NCBI GenBank assembly: GCA_008632985.1
Contig: QPGO01000262.1
Span: 1-64,000 of the forward strand
Direction of reading: 5' to 3'
DNA from: Psammoneis japonica
Taxonomy: Eukaryota
DNA: 64,000 nucleotides
Below, one piece after another: positions 48,977 through 62,989 of the stretch. Position 1 is the stretch's first letter. Every line of letters starts with the position of its first letter. Below the pieces are notes generated by a model. That model was not told the DNA's origin, did not search any database, and saw nothing but the letters and a program-made list of their open reading frames with translations. The position numbers and the translations under genes were made by a program.

Positions 48977-49236
48977 GGCCTGTTCCAGCTCCAGGTGCTC
49001 CGCGCGGGTTCGATTCCCATCATTTGGAAATTTGTGCACCCAGCGCAATTGACTTTTTCCAAATCCAATTTTTGCCAAATCGAAGGGTGGGTGTGCACTT
49101 TACATGCATTTTCGGGTGTGCACTCACCTTTCGATTTTCGAAATGATCAAAATTGAAGGAGTCAATTGCGCTAAACTGCGCAGAAAATCGGCCTCTCGCG
49201 TGATGAAAAGCAGAGCACCTGGAGCTGGAACAGGCC
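48977..49236. mobile_element. 260-bp MITE, family 1, copy 2 (TSD CATT)
   Basis: catt|ggcctgttccagctccaggtgctc ... gagcacctggagctggaacaggcc|catt; inverted homolog of 16689-16948. Confidence 0.9.
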
Positions 49237-51280
49237 CATTTTGTGTGTGCACAAACTTCTTAAATTTTGCCATGCTGGCTGGGTTGGCAAGATCTTGATT
49301 TGCAAATTTGGGCATTTGTTTGCAAACTCGGGCATTTGTTGGTTGGCAAATCACACCCATTTGTGCCAAACAGAGGTGACTTGTGCCAAACAGAACTGCG
49401 ATTGCATCACAAACAAATTGCCTGTTTGTGCTCACACACATTGGGGTAGACTGGGGTCTGGTTGTCTGTGGGTTGCAGGGCTCAGCACAGATTGGGAGAC
49501 CCTGATGTGCAAGATCCCACCCAGAGCTTGAGCACATCTGAGGATTGCCAAATTCATTGCAGCCAATTGCCAAATTGCACTGCGAGATGAGAGATCATTT
49601 TTCTGATGAGTGATTTGTGGTCACACTCACACGCAACAATTTTCTTGCAAGTGAGCTGGCTTGTTGGCAACACACAAACAGCGTTTTGTGTTGAAATGCG
49701 TGCATGGGCACAAGTTCTTGCTCTGAATGGAACAAACAAAACATTCATCGACAAAGAAGTTTCAGAAGATGTGGGAAGAAATTAAACTCAGCCCGCACAG
49801 CAGCAGCAACTTTGAAAACCCTTTTTGCCGTTTTTTTTTACAAAAACAGCTGAAGCACTTGCACCAGTCGATGACCGTCGATGACCACATGGAGGAAACA
49901 CACACTTCAGTGAAAAAAACTTGCTCCAAGAGGCCAGTTGCAAGCAAGGTGAAGCCCAGCCAATGTTCATTGACAGGTTTGTCTTCTTGTGCTGTTGATG
50001 ACACAGACTGCACAAAACACTGCTTTGTCTCATGTGTGCTCCATGCGCGCACAAAAAATTTTTGCACTGGCAGCTCCCCATGCTTCCTCTCTCACACACT
50101 TCTGCACCTTCCATGTGCTGGGGCATTAAGAAATTTGCCACAAGTGGCAAGTCAGCAAGCGCAACCGTCTTTTTCTGCCTCTTCCTTTTTTGCCACCTTT
50201 TTTTGAGGAACTTCTGCCACCCTGCTTTTGCCCCAGCATCTCCTTGGCACTTTTTGCTGCTGGCACAACTTGTGAAATTAATGGCAGCATCACAAGAAAT
50301 TTCTTCTGATGGTTGCGGATGGCATTGTTGGGTTTGCCACTCAGCGCACTCTTCCTCGTGATTGACTGTGCATGGCAGTGTTTCTTTTTGCACGCTGTCA
50401 GCCATGACACCTTTGCGTGCCACTTGACATGTTGACCTTTGTGCCAGGAATTTGATCTTTGAAAAAGCTCTTTGCCAGCTGCCCCTTCAACTTTTCTTCA
50501 GCAAGACTGGCACCTTGCACTTGCTCCCCTCTGTTTCAACACTGGGCCGGAACTCTGGGGCTGAGTGGCTGGCTCTGTGGGCTGTCAGATGTCGCACTCT
50601 TCTTTTTCTTTGCTGCTTCTTCAGCCGTGGGCTTCAGAGCCACAGCGAGGCAATGATTTGTGTTGTGGTGGTGGCTCTTTTCTGAAAATGAATGAGATGA
50701 AGAAGATCGTTTTTGCAACAAGTTGCAATTGATTCACTTTGATCCGAAGCGATTCTTTCTGACCATTGGTTGCTGAAATGTGTTGTGAATGGACGATCCC
50801 AAAAGCTGGGTGGGTTTTATGGAGAGGCTCGCGGTTCCATTGCTGCATTTCCACTCGCATTCAAATGCCAGCAAGTTGAGAAAGATCGGCGGCCCATCAC
50901 TGGCACAGCACGATTTGCCAGAGATTGGACCATTCTTTGGAACTGATTCCTTGGCCATTCCCTTTCGATACGAGCAATCTGAAACTCACTCTAAGCAAGC
51001 TCGGTAGTTACTATGTGAGATCCCCTGATGGAATCAATACATTGTTCGGAAAGAGAGGAGGCAGTGTCCAACTCAAGGACCTGAAAGTCTATCATGGAGT
51101 CTATGAGGAAGGAGAGTTCATCCCATTCACGGATACCGAGCCCTTTACTTTGTGTACTATAAGTTAGTGTTGTCGTACTAATGAGTTAAGCAAGCTTTTT
51201 CTTCACTGCCTGCGTCCGAAGGCAGTCCCTTATTGGCTGTTGCAAAAGTATTTTAACATACCGGTGCGAAGGCGACCCTC

Positions 51281-51781
51281 TCATAATTCAATGGTTTCGT
51301 CCAAAATTTCTTCTCCTGGTTTCCCGTTTGCCGCACCTAAATCTGCCTCGGGTTTCAAGGCATCCTCGCCTCCATTGAGGCCCTCCTTCACCTTTGGCCG
51401 TGTGTCGATGTTCATAAAATCTGGAGTTCCACCTTGATTCACGTTATTCGAATCAGCTGGATTCACGACAGGTTTCGGCGGAATAGTTCGAACCCACTGC
51501 ACGAAGAAAATGAAAAACAGAAGAACCGCGCCTCCTACATACGGAAGGAGTTTGAGACATTGCTGAAAATAAAAGGGAAATAAACATGAGAGATTCACAT
51601 ATAGGCACAATCTCAAGGCGTTTCAATTTCGATTCTGATCCGTATTGATAATTGATACACACACCTCTCTTGCTTCTTCTTGCTCCCGAAGTCGGGCGCG
51701 CCTTTCTTCCTTAGTTTCGTTTCGGTGCCATCCGTGCACCTTCTTTGCGTCTCTGCTCTTGTATTGCTTTGACTTCGGCAT
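51281..51781 (-). CDS. SMCO4/DUF4519-like small single-pass membrane coiled-coil protein (2 exons, 132 aa)
   Basis: Exon 1 (51781-51665) reads MPKSKQYK...ETKEERRARLREQEEARE. A GT..AG intron spans 51664-51563. Exon 2 reads QCLKLLPYVGGAVLLFFIFFVQWVRT. Confidence 0.7.
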
Positions 51782-52026
51782 TGTATCTAGAGTAGAGATA
51801 AGATTCAGATTGACAGAGTGACTTTAAGCGATCCAAAGATGATGTCCATTGCGCCGAGGACATTGCGGTCTTTTTTATGCTTCTTCTCATCAACTTCTCA
51901 ACAACTCTTCTGCGAGGTCTGTCAGGTGTACGGAAAGGAGGCATACGCCATGATACCTTACATAACACCTGCCGTAATCATTTTGACACCTCATTTGCAA
52001 TCAATCCCCATCAACCGAAAACGGCA

Positions 52027-52560
52027 ATGACAAGCTTTACCTTTATTTCAATCGTCATGATGGTGATGAGATCCGTCTTGCAAGTTGACAGTTGGACTCC
52101 ACCAAAAACACGCCGCGAGGCCTTGCAATCGTCCGCTTATTTGTTGTGGCTGTCGTCACCACTTGTTGTGAAACCCACTCGAGCGACGGCTGAAAACGAC
52201 GAGACGATTCCACCACAACAACAAAAGGAGGACGCGTCTGTCTTTTTAGGAAGCTACTCAGATCCCAACCATCCAGAGGGTTATCGTATCGTTGAAATGA
52301 CAGGCACAGGCTTTGGTGGCTTTCAGCTTGCCAAGGTTCGTGGCAAAGATACCGTTTCCCAAGAAGCAGAGTATGAATTACCCGCCATGATTTTTGATTG
52401 TCCCGGAAATCGTGCTGGACTTGCTCGTGCGTCGTCTGGAAGAATGTGTATTACCATTGACTTTACACCAAAGGGTGGTCCGAAGGACTTTACGGGGTAT
52501 TGGGATTCCAGTGGAATACGATTCATACTCGATGACAACTTTTGGCCCAAGCAAAACTAA
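52027..52560 (+). CDS. Conserved algal hypothetical protein, probably plastid/thylakoid-lumen targeted
   Basis: Signal peptide, twin-Arg-like TRREAL segment, YSDPNHP and IDFTPKGGP motifs, and normal codon composition. Confidence 0.75.
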   Translation: MTSFTFISIVMMVMRSVLQVDSWTPPKTRREALQSSAYLLWLSSPLVVKPTRATAENDETIPPQQQKEDASVFLGSYSDPNHPEGYRIVEMTGTGFGGFQLAKVRGKDTVSQEAEYELPAMIFDCPGNRAGLARASSGRMCITIDFTPKGGPKDFTGYWDSSGIRFILDDNFWPKQN

Positions 52561-53047
52561 GTTATAGCGAGCGTGTAAACTGGCGTTTGTTGTGTCCTTG
52601 ACAAGCAAGAGGTCGTTTTGATTGAAGACATGCGGGTATGATGATGGATAACTTTCTTATTTGTTAGGAAAAAGCCCTACCGGTATCCTCACATTTTACT
52701 TATTGGTCCTTTAGATTTGCACCGCGAAAAGTACTTATTAGGTCCCGTTTATACTGTACTCCAAAACGTTGTTACTTTGTTCACTATCACAAAGTCATAC
52801 CCAAGCACGGTGGTCGATTGCTCAATCAATACATGCTACTGTCAGAGCTTGTTCAACCGCGCGTTTACGACATTTTTTGAAGTGTGCGATCGAACAGCCG
52901 CTATAGTCTTGATGTACGATCAACCTTGTGTTGACTGTTCCGTCGGTCATCATCGATAGATCATCCAAGGAGCAAAGGATAGAAAAAGAGAGAGAAAAAG
53001 AAAGCAAACGTATCATTCCATGATTTACTTTAGTCATATACTGTCGT

Positions 53048-56000
53048 TCAAAGTGCCTTCACCCGAATCCTCTTTACAACCCGTCCTTTGGTGTCCAAGA
53101 CCAGCTTGAAAATATTGGGTTCATCTGAAACATCACTCAGAGGGACTACTTCTGACCTAGCGCTACTGGGTGGAGGCGGGGGTACTTCAATGGTTCCTTC
53201 TCTTGAAACAAAGAGCGTTTCTTTACCAGTCCGGTAAAACACCATTACCTTCAACAAGGAATGCACTCCTTGCTTTGCAGCTGCCTTTGGACTAGCAAAG
53301 TCCCCAACTACCTGCGAACGAAGAAACATTCCTGGCTGATTCAAGGGAGAGCGTTTCGATCGGAAAACTAGGGAACCAGATCGTTTCTTCTTGGAGACAA
53401 TTGTCACGAGCACCGGATCCTCAACGTGTACGAATTTTGCATTGGATTCGTCATTTCTTGCAAGACCCGAAATGGCAAGGATCTCTTCACGTTCGTAGCT
53501 TGCTTTTCCATAATTCTGGTAGTCGTGGTTCTTGCAATAGTTGAGCAGATAATCCGGGGAAGGATCAAAAATCTTGCAGTAGCTCGGAAGAGTTTTCGTC
53601 AACGCCAAATACGTGCAGCAACTGAACCTTTCGTTTACCGCTCCAACTGGAAAGCTAAGATCATACATGAAGGACTTACCCGCGACAAAGTAGCCCATGT
53701 TTCCGCAACCCGGGAAGCATTTGACTCTATCGTATCCTTCGGGCTGGTTCTCTCTTCCCATAAGGTCGGACCATTTGTCGCACGATTTGCTAGCACAATT
53801 TGCAGCCGAGTCGTGACCACGTCCATAAGGGTACTCATCCGCCAATTCAAATAGCGAGTGACCAAGCTCATGCACCGCAATTAAAGGGGCTTCAGGATTT
53901 GTAGTCACAGCAGCAATGTTGGCATTGGTGTAGCCAGCACCCGCATACTGTTCCGAGTGATGAATCACAATCGTTTGAAGATTGGGACCAATTGGGAAGC
54001 ATTTGCTAGCCAATGTGTGGGTACGATGGTTGTCGCAGCTACAGATTGAATTGGAAAAAGTAAGGTGAGACCGAAGTAAAGGTCACGGTTGTCGTGGAGA
54101 TTTGGCGGGCTCAAAAAAAAATATAGTCTTACCATAACAATCGATCAATTCCTTGACAATTTGAATCACAAAACGATGAGCCTAACTCAAACGGATCAAC
54201 CATGAATACATTGAGCACATCAATGTCGTCTGCAAACATGCTGTAGTTTTGCATAACCTTATACGTCTTGTTGACCTGTTCTTGCCAAGCTTTGTGACCG
54301 ATGGAGTCGAAAGCCGAGGGAACAAACACAATGTTGATTCTGTCTTTGTGAAAGGGAGTACCAAACTTGTGCTTGATTGGAAAGCACGCAGATGATGCCA
54401 TACACACGCCGCTCCTGCATGTTGATGACTTGCACTCGGAATTGCTCGAGCAAGGTTTACCATTATCAATTGATGTGACATTTGCTACTACCGTGCTCTC
54501 CAACCCCCCTCCACCACCGCGCTGTCGATCGGGTTTGGTTTCCAGCTTTGCGGAAAAATCAGTTGGTAGCTTTGATGGGGGCGTTGTTGGGTTTTGTGTT
54601 GGAGAAGATGTAGGTGGTGAAGTTACGGGATGGGCTGTCGGACCTAGAGTTTGAGCAGTAGGTCGAGAAGTTGGACGACTCGTCGGTGACATTGTCGGGC
54701 TCGTTGTAGGTGGTGAAGTTGGTTTCATAGTAGGCTGCATGCTAGGTTTCATTGTAGGCTCAGCCGTAGGAACTAGCGTTGGATACAACGTCGGGGTACG
54801 AGTAGGCCCCATTGTAGGCCCCGCCGTTGGATACTTTGTAACACGTCTCTCTTTCGACAAGAACAAATGATTGAGCGCCCTACCAGAACCATCCCCTGTG
54901 TTGCTTGTCATTCGGTAAGCCTTGTCCCAAGAAAGAGTATCCCCATCCCAACGACAAAAGTTGGCGTTCTTCTTCATGTCTTGAAGGGATAACATGATGT
55001 CATTCCCATTCCTAAAAGAAGCCAATCGTATTGTTTTTGGATGGCCTTCAAGTGTTGGGCCGTCGTTCTCGCTTGACCACCCGTTGAACTTAGACCAAGT
55101 TCTATATTTCAAATCCTTCACGCTTGCTGTTACCTTCAGGGACAACCATGGGGTTTTCAACTGCGCGCCCGCGGACTTTTTCTTCGTATACGCTGCAATA
55201 GCCTGCCCTGATGTACCTTCAAATTGGACGGCAAGCTCGTCGAGAGGTTGTTCATCTACATCTGTGCTCGCAATTTGGACCGAATCCCATATATCAATGT
55301 CTCCATCCCAGACAGCCAACCAAAAGGCATTTGGACTCTTTGATGTGACTCCTAACGCGATGAGGTTGCTCGTACGATCGGAGCTCAAGCTGATTTGCAT
55401 CACGTTGCCTGTGATGTCTTTGGGATGTACAAGAGATTGATCATATACATCACTCCAGTCAGTTCCGTCCCAAATGCAAAATGCTGGTGACAATGAATCC
55501 TTTTGCCGAAGACAACTATCGCTCTTCCACTGTGCTGCTCGTAAGCAATGTCGATCGCGTTTTCATCCCCATCTTTGTCATTGTTCAATTTGAATTCCGT
55601 TTGCCAATCGTCCCCATCCCACACCATACAGTAGGTGGAAGACCCCTTTGCAGAAATAACGAGGATCATTTCATTTGACCTGGGATTAGAAGCCAGGAGT
55701 AGTCGAGTGTTCGTGCCGCTGGTCACAGGAGAATCAAAGCTTGACTGAGGGCCCCATGAAGTGCCGCTCCACTTTCGATAGTAAATAGTGTCTTCCCAGC
55801 CGACACTCCATATCAACATTGCGTTTCCACTTTGAGACTCGTATGCAACATCGAATCCATCGAGAAAGCTATCATCTACATAAATGTCGAGGGGTGAGAA
55901 AGGGACATTGCTCCAAACACCTCCCGAGTACATTTGAGCGATGACTTGGTTTTCTTCGGATGATCCAACGACAAGTGCTTCTTCACGAGTTGGTGAATAT

Positions 56001-56191
56001 GCACCCTGAATAGTGTGCCATGTACCAGCTGAGAATTTCATAGAACCAGAATCGGAGAATTTGTCACCGTCCCAAATAGAATATCCAGGCGCCTTTGCGC
56101 TTTTCGCAAATATGGCTATTCCTTCGTCAAAGTCCACGGCCATTGCCGAGGCAACGAGCGAAGCAAAAAAGACCAAGAGCATGCTGCGCAT
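53048..56191 (-). CDS. Secreted multidomain protein with Pro/Thr linker and M64-like zinc metallopeptidase domain
   Basis: Signal peptide, repeated W(D/S)GxxW beta segments, PT repeats and HELGHSLFELADEY. Intron 54039-54132; one frameshift at the T4 run near 55501. Confidence 0.75.
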
Positions 56192-56802
56192 CAACCACAA
56201 GTCGCAGGAACAATGCCGAAATATGTTCACAAGTTTGGTAGTTTTGATCGCCATACAATGTTCCTTGATTGTTTTTAGAGTGCCATACATGCAATGTGAG
56301 CAATTTGGCCCGTCGTTAGTGACCAAAACCGGATCTGTTGATGATTTAACCCTCGCAAGTCATTGGAATTGAAACTTTTAGGACGAAAGAACGTCCCAAA
56401 TGTCTCTGTTTGATGACTTCTTATTCTCCGACATTCAGACTGTACCACTTACTTAGGGCCCTAGTACCGTACTGGGCGGGGTGGTAGGACTGGCAGCGTA
56501 CTGTATGTACCCTCTCTACTGTACTACTCTCCAGCTAGCTAGCTCTACAGTAGAACCGTAGAGAGTGGATAGTGTGTCAGGTCGACCTTCGCTTGTATGT
56601 ACCACATGGACGTGTGCAAGACAAATTCTGGCAGCGAAGATGACAGTGACTCTTCCATGCTGTACACTTACGTAGAACAAGGGATCATTGCATCATGACA
56701 TGACTCAATTCTCTATGATCTTTATTTATGCCCTCTGTTCTTTCATTTGGGTGTCTATGACCATAACACATGACCTTTTTGCATGACATGACTGGTTGTG
56801 AC

Positions 56803-59800
56803 CAGAGGTGCATAAATCGTCTGTTGTCGCCCGCGTGCAACGCACGAACGACAAAACGATGAGGTGGCTCACGCGCGTAGATCGTCCACTGAAGATTTGT
56901 CACGATGTGCTGTACCTGAGAGAAATTTTGTGGGGCGAAAAACGATTCGCTCGCCAAAAACACACACAACAACACGATACATCAACAGCACTTCAGACAG
57001 CTCTCTTTGGAAAGCAGAGCAGTAACACCTCGACCCAATGCTTCCTTTTTCATTTACATTGTCTTCTTCATTTATGATGGCAAGCAAAGTTCAGCGGCAC
57101 TGTGGGTGATGGAGAAAATGTGCAATTTAGACTTGCAGCCTCAGTGTTTTTTTCTTTGCGTTTGCCGTCAGGTGTTTCGGCATTGGCGTCTCTCCGGATG
57201 CAATTTCCCCGGCAATCATGCGTTCTCAGCATCAGACATGTCCCACATGACAACATGTCAAAAGGGTCCGGCAGCATCACAACTGTGAGTTGATCGCTCC
57301 GAATGGGTTTGGTTGCGTGTCTAATTTTGGTGATGCAAAACGGTGCGCAATTTACACGAGCTTGTGTTTTTCCTGTTTTTACAGTTTGTGGTTGGGACAG
57401 ATGTCAAAGCAATGCTCTCATCTAATCCATCATCTGTTTGTTGTGCCATTGCCACAGGAAATGTCTGTCAGTTGATCGCATCTGAATTGGGTTGGCTGCA
57501 AGCATTGTTTTGGCGAAGCAAGACAATGGTGCACAGTTTTCATGCGCTCGCATTGGCTGCTGCATGGTTCACGGCTTGGATTGCTGCATGTCGAACATGT
57601 GCTCTCACGGACTCCATTGTCTGTGTCTTGTGCCAATGTCGCAGGAGACACAAATCAATTCGCATCCAATCTGAATTGATTTGCTTGCATCCATTTTTTG
57701 GAGAATCAAAACGGCACGCATTTCTCATGAACACGCATTCTCCGCATTGTGCAGTTTGTGGTTTGGACAGCTGCATGTCGAACAAACACTCTCATGGACT
57801 CTTTTGTCCATTTCTTGTGCCAATGCCACAGGAATTGTCAATGGACTTAGTTGACGCTTCACGGGCTGTCGTGCATGCATGCGTGACAGAGCACATCGGG
57901 GTCCACAGTTTTGCACAGTCATTGTGGATGAGCTGGGCATGAACAGAAAGGCAAGATTCAACTGTGAACCATTGTCTGTTGCTCTCCTTCATCTGTTGTT
58001 TTGGTGGTTCAAAGCGGTGCGCATTCCCATGAGCTGGTGTGTTCCGCTTTGCAAGTTTGGTTTCTGTGACTGCATGTCAAAGCAATGCTCTCATGGACTG
58101 TGTTGTCTGTTTCTTGTGCCATTGCCACAGGAACCATCTGTTTCTCGTAACATCACCACAGGAACTGTCTGTCAGTTTGTCAAATCCGAATTGATTTGGA
58201 TGCATCTGTTGTTCGGGAGATTTAAGATGGCACAACTTGTCACACACCCACGTTCTCCGCTTTGTGCAGTTCATGGCTTGGACAGCAACATGTCGAAGAA
58301 ATGTTCTCACGAATTCCATTGTCTGCTGCTTGTGCCTTGGCCATGGGAATGTCAACGGACCTTTTGGCTTGATGGGCTGTTGTGCGTGCATTCGTGGTGT
58401 TGCGTCGGTGTCCGCAGTTTTGTGTCAACATTGTGGATGAGCCAGGTGTGGCAATGTTTGGACAGCCAGATCTTGAAGCAATGTCACCAATGAGGAACGC
58501 AGTCAAATCTATGAACTGTCCCTTCCATTGTCTGATGCAGTGCAAGGATCAGCTTAGATCCTGTCTAGATCTCCCCTTTCGATGGGCAGAACTCGGAACA
58601 GTCTGCTGGTGGGTTCAGTTCTCATGTTGTGCTTTCGTGTTGAATGTTCTGCTTCTCTGGAAATGACGCTTGCCTCTCAAACTCTTGCTGTTCTGTGTGC
58701 AAGAAGCGAGAGGTCGGGTGCCTTGCATGTGCTGATGCACGTCCGTGGTTTTACACAAGACGAGCTAGAGCACAAGACAAGATTGTTCAAGAACTGGACT
58801 TGACCGCAACGATTCTTTCTTGCTTTGGTTTTGACCAGCATGACATTGTGCTTTCAATGCGACCAGAACAGCAACGCATTCCAATCACGGCTGTCGCAGG
58901 TGTGAAAATGGTGGAGTCCGGCAAGCTCACGGTTCGCAGCCGCAAAGAAGGCGACCTTGCTTCATTCAGCATCTGTGCTTGTGATTGCCTTCAGCAATGG
59001 CTTGATGGTCAGAATCCCAGAAGCAACCCAGTTTTGAGCAATGGCATTGTTGGGTTTCCCTTTTCTCAAACGCAAAACAATGGGCCGGGTGTGCAGACAC
59101 GGCAGAGTCGTCAAGCATTCTCACTTCATTGCAGCACAGTCCATTCCACTGGAAATCTGTTTCTTCTAGGTTCTCAAGGCCAGAAGCAGAAGTGGGAATG
59201 GAGATCACAGTTTCATTGAAATGCTCCCAGTGCCACGTAAAGGATCCAACTCGACATGAGCTCCGTCCTTGGCAGCATGACACATGGACTTGCAATTGCA
59301 TTCCTCTCCATCAACTTCAGGTGAAAATGGAGCCTTGCAATGACCATTTCACCTTTTCCTTTGAAGCCCTGTCCAACCAAGTGAACAAACAATGCTCTCA
59401 AAGCAATGGTCGATCCCTTTTTCCCGCATGGAACTCTGCAACAAGCCAACAGCGGATGCGCAGTCTTGGTGGCGATTCAGCACTGAGCAATCTCTTTGCA
59501 ATGGCATTCGGAATCACTCCAATGCCATTGGCACAGATCACATGCCAGCAACTGTGACCTTGGCATGTTGCATTGAGTGTGTGATGTCAGCACAAGTGAT
59601 TGTGTTGTCGGTTGTGGCAGAACATGAACGCAAACTTGTCGGTTGTTGTGCGTTGCGTCGCGGTGAATTTCTGGTCATTTCGGATTTCGCCCCACAAAAA
59701 TTCTCTCAGGCACAGCACATCGTGACAGGCAGAAGCACCAGCGTGATCCACCTCATCGTTTTGTCGTTCGTGTGCGCGCTGAGTGTGCGAGTGTGCGTGT

Positions 59801-59832
59801 GCGAACGACAACAGACGATTTGTGCACCTCTG
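56803..59832. mobile_element. hAT-type element (3030 bp; 8-bp TSD GTTGTGAC; TIR CAGAGGTGCA(T/C)AAATCG...) with degraded interior
   Basis: TSD at 56795-56802 and 59833-59840, and a ~140-bp imperfect TIR. About five ~190-bp degenerate internal repeats lie at 57400-58450. Confidence 0.8.
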
Positions 59833-60811
59833 GTTGTGACGTGACCTGGGCTAAATGAATGATGTCATGCAAAAGGGTTGAGGGCCGAAGGCCCTCAATT
59901 GTGTCAAAGTGGGAGAGGAAGAGAGGAGGAGAAAAGAAAGGAGAAAAGAGAGAAGGAAGGAGTCAGAGTCGATGGCACATTTTTGGTCAATGCCACAACT
60001 CATCTGCAGCTTTCTGCACTTTCAGGCCAGCCACACTTTTGGTTTGGAAAAACATGCTCTCTGCAACAATCCCTTCACATGAGCTGAGAGCAAGGCTCAG
60101 CGACTGCTCTGCACAAATCCAAAAGGGAAGGCCATCCACAGATTGAGGGCGAGGGGCAAGGTGCCGTGCCTGTTTGGAGTGTTTGTCATCAAAAAAGCTC
60201 TCAACAGGTGTGCTCTTGATGCTGCCAGTTTTGCACACTCTCTGGGTGCTTGCTCTGGAGATTTCTTTCAAGCATGTTGTGCAGCCAGTTTTTGGGACTT
60301 GTGCACTTGCATTCTTTTCTGCCCTCTTTTGCTTCGTGCAGCAGCGCCCAGATGCAGAGCAAGTCAACTCTGTGTTCAAAACTTCTGAAAAGACTGTGTC
60401 TGAGCAATGCATCCAGGCAGGTGCAATGGCTTGCCCCAATGTGTGGATGAGCATTGTGCTCATTTGTCTGTCTCCAACACTCTTGAGTCTGTCTTTCTCT
60501 TTGTGCGGGCAGCTCTCTGTCAAAGATTTCTGGGCAGACAAACAATTTCCAAGTTGGCATGAATCATGAATTCTTTGCTGCCTCAACCATTTCAGCTTCT
60601 GTCCATGATGGGTCAGGGGGTGTTGGAGCATGCTTGAGCAACTGTCAGCTGTGCAGCACACTCATCTGTTGCCCAGGTGTGCTTTTTTCTCAGGTCGTTT
60701 TCTGATTTTAAGCACATTCTGTAATTTCCAAAAAAGCCCTCCCCTTCTTTTGATTGCTTTTGTGGGCACCACAAAAGGTGTGTCACCTTCATCAATGCAA
60801 GGCAGCTGGCT

Positions 60812-61208
60812 GACGGGTTCCAGTCCCAGGTGGGACTCCGTGTGACATTGGGACCGCAGAATTCTACGTGCGAGCTCCGCAGCACATTTGCACTGCAATG
60901 AAAATGTGAATGATCGCCAACAGAAAAAGAGGCAATTTTACGAACATGTCTCCTCCTTCACACTTGCAGCACATCATTGATGGTTTGCCCGGGTGCGTTC
61001 TTCAGACATTGAAGAACACACCCAGCGCATTTTTGTTTTCACAAATGTTGAAAACAGAAAGCCTTTGGCTTTGCAAAACAGGGAGTGTGAAACAATTTTG
61101 TAGAATTTCACATGTAGAAATGTGCGCGCGCGACACACGACGCGATCCAAAAAACTGTTGATGTCACAGTGCAGCAGTGCGAGGTCCCACCTAGAGCTGG
61201 AACGCGTC
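60812..61208. mobile_element. 397-bp MITE, family 2 (TSD GGCT)
   Basis: ggct|gacgggttccagtcccaggtggga ... tcccacctagagctggaacgcgtc|ggct. Confidence 0.88.
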
Positions 61209-62275
61209 GGCTGCATTCCATCAGTGTCCCAAGGCATGCTTGAGCTGCTGGGGGTGAGCTCTGCCTGTTTCCAATTTCAGTGCCTGCCCATCACATCTGA
61301 GCACACAGCACCAGATGATGGCTGTGGTGGCAACTGTGATTGATTCACAACTGGATGTTTTGCTTGAAGAACGCAGTCCTCGAGGGTTGGGAAGCCATGG
61401 CAGACGGGAAAAAACTGCAACAGTGGTGAAGAGGTCCTCTTTCGTCTTCAAGTTTTTTCTCAATGCACAAAGATTGATTGTCCGTCACGAGGAATTTCAT
61501 CTTGTGTGGAAATCTGCGACACGACACACCGGAAAATCACACAAGGGGAAAAATTCAATGCTGGAGGCTGCAACATGCTGCATGCAGAAAATGTGGTGTG
61601 CGTGTTGCAGGCACACCACAGGCTGCGAGACGCTCTGTGGAGCCTCCTGGTGTGTTGCATTGCAGCGCATCGAAGGCATGCAAGAAAGCTGCGATGCGCT
61701 CACGCAGCCCAAGTGAGTCTTTTTTCGACAGCACTTCAACATGATCCCACTTGTTTTCCCGTGTCCTTGCAATGTTCCCCCTTTGTCGGTCTCTGTCATT
61801 GAATGGCACATTCTCACCCAAGCTTTGACAGCAGACATGAAAAACTTTTCTCTTTCTCTTCAGCTCTCCAGCAGTGACAGGCCCCAACCCCTGCAACACC
61901 TGGGATGGCACTGACAACCTTGGTCTTGTCGACCCCGCAGTCGAGGGCATTTGATTTGTGCAGCTGGGTGTTTTCTCGGTTCAGCAATGGCAAGTGTGTG
62001 CTCATGAAATGTTCAACAACAGCTGTTTCCACTCACACAGTCAATGTTCCTTCTGCTGCTGTGCAGCCGGACAAGAGTGCAGCCTCATGTGACAAGCAAG
62101 CACTCGTGAAATGTTCAACAACAACTGCCTCCATTGATGTGGTCAACATTTTTTCTGCTGTGCAGCCAGGCAAGAGTGCAGCCTCATTTGTGCTCATGCC
62201 CATGTCTTGAGCAAAGCACACCCCACTTTTCCTTGTCCAAAACTTTGCAGCCATGTGCAAAGTTTCGCTTTTTTT

Positions 62276-62851
62276 GATGTGTTCCAGCCATGCGCAAACC
62301 AAAGCAAGCAGAAAAACAACACTTGCACAATTTTCACATGGCCTCTAACTTGCAAACAAGCTTTCACTGCCAAAATTGCAGATTTGTCCAAATTTCAATG
62401 TTTTGCAACACTGACAAGACTCACGTCAGTGCTGCAGTGTGTGGTTGTTTGTGTGCGGCCAATGTTTTTTTCATTGCGACAAATGAGTTGCAACACAACG
62501 GATGACTTTTGCCAAAATTTTTGAGAACTCATGTGCTGTTGCTGCTCACAGGCTAACACTGGACATTTTTGTGTGCATTTTGTGGTGGTGGTGTGCTTGC
62601 ACAAAAATTTCTGCAAGATGAGCAATGGCGCACAGTTGGCATCATTTCCACAGGATGATTTTGTGACAAATGTTCTCTGTGAAGACTTGAGCACCCATGA
62701 AAAAATCGCTCATGTGTTCATTCTCCCATCAAACAGAAAAGCCAGAATGGGCAAGCTTTTTTGTGAACAGCCCAAATGTGCAAACCTCATGTGATTTGTG
62801 CTCAAATCAGGTTGTTGTTTTCTTGTGCATCACCTGGGACTGGAGCACGTC
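62276..62851. mobile_element. 576-bp MITE, family 3 (TSD TTTT)
   Basis: tttt|gatgtgttccagcc ... cacctgggactggagcacgtc|tttt; interior homologous to 23147-23631. Confidence 0.75.
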
Positions 62852-62989
62852 TTTTCTCCAAAATTTTTGCTGTCTTCCTTTCATGTGTCCCTTTGCTTGT
62901 TGCAAGAACACCCATGCTGCATTTCTTCATTTGCTTTCAACTTGCAGCCTTGATTCTTGCCCATTGCTTGCGTGTGCACCATGCTTGAA

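Noticed and set aside
50789..51167. Short ORFs at the repeat/gene boundary
   Set aside because: No recognisable family or reliable start. It may be a truncated 3' gene fragment, but this cannot be supported.
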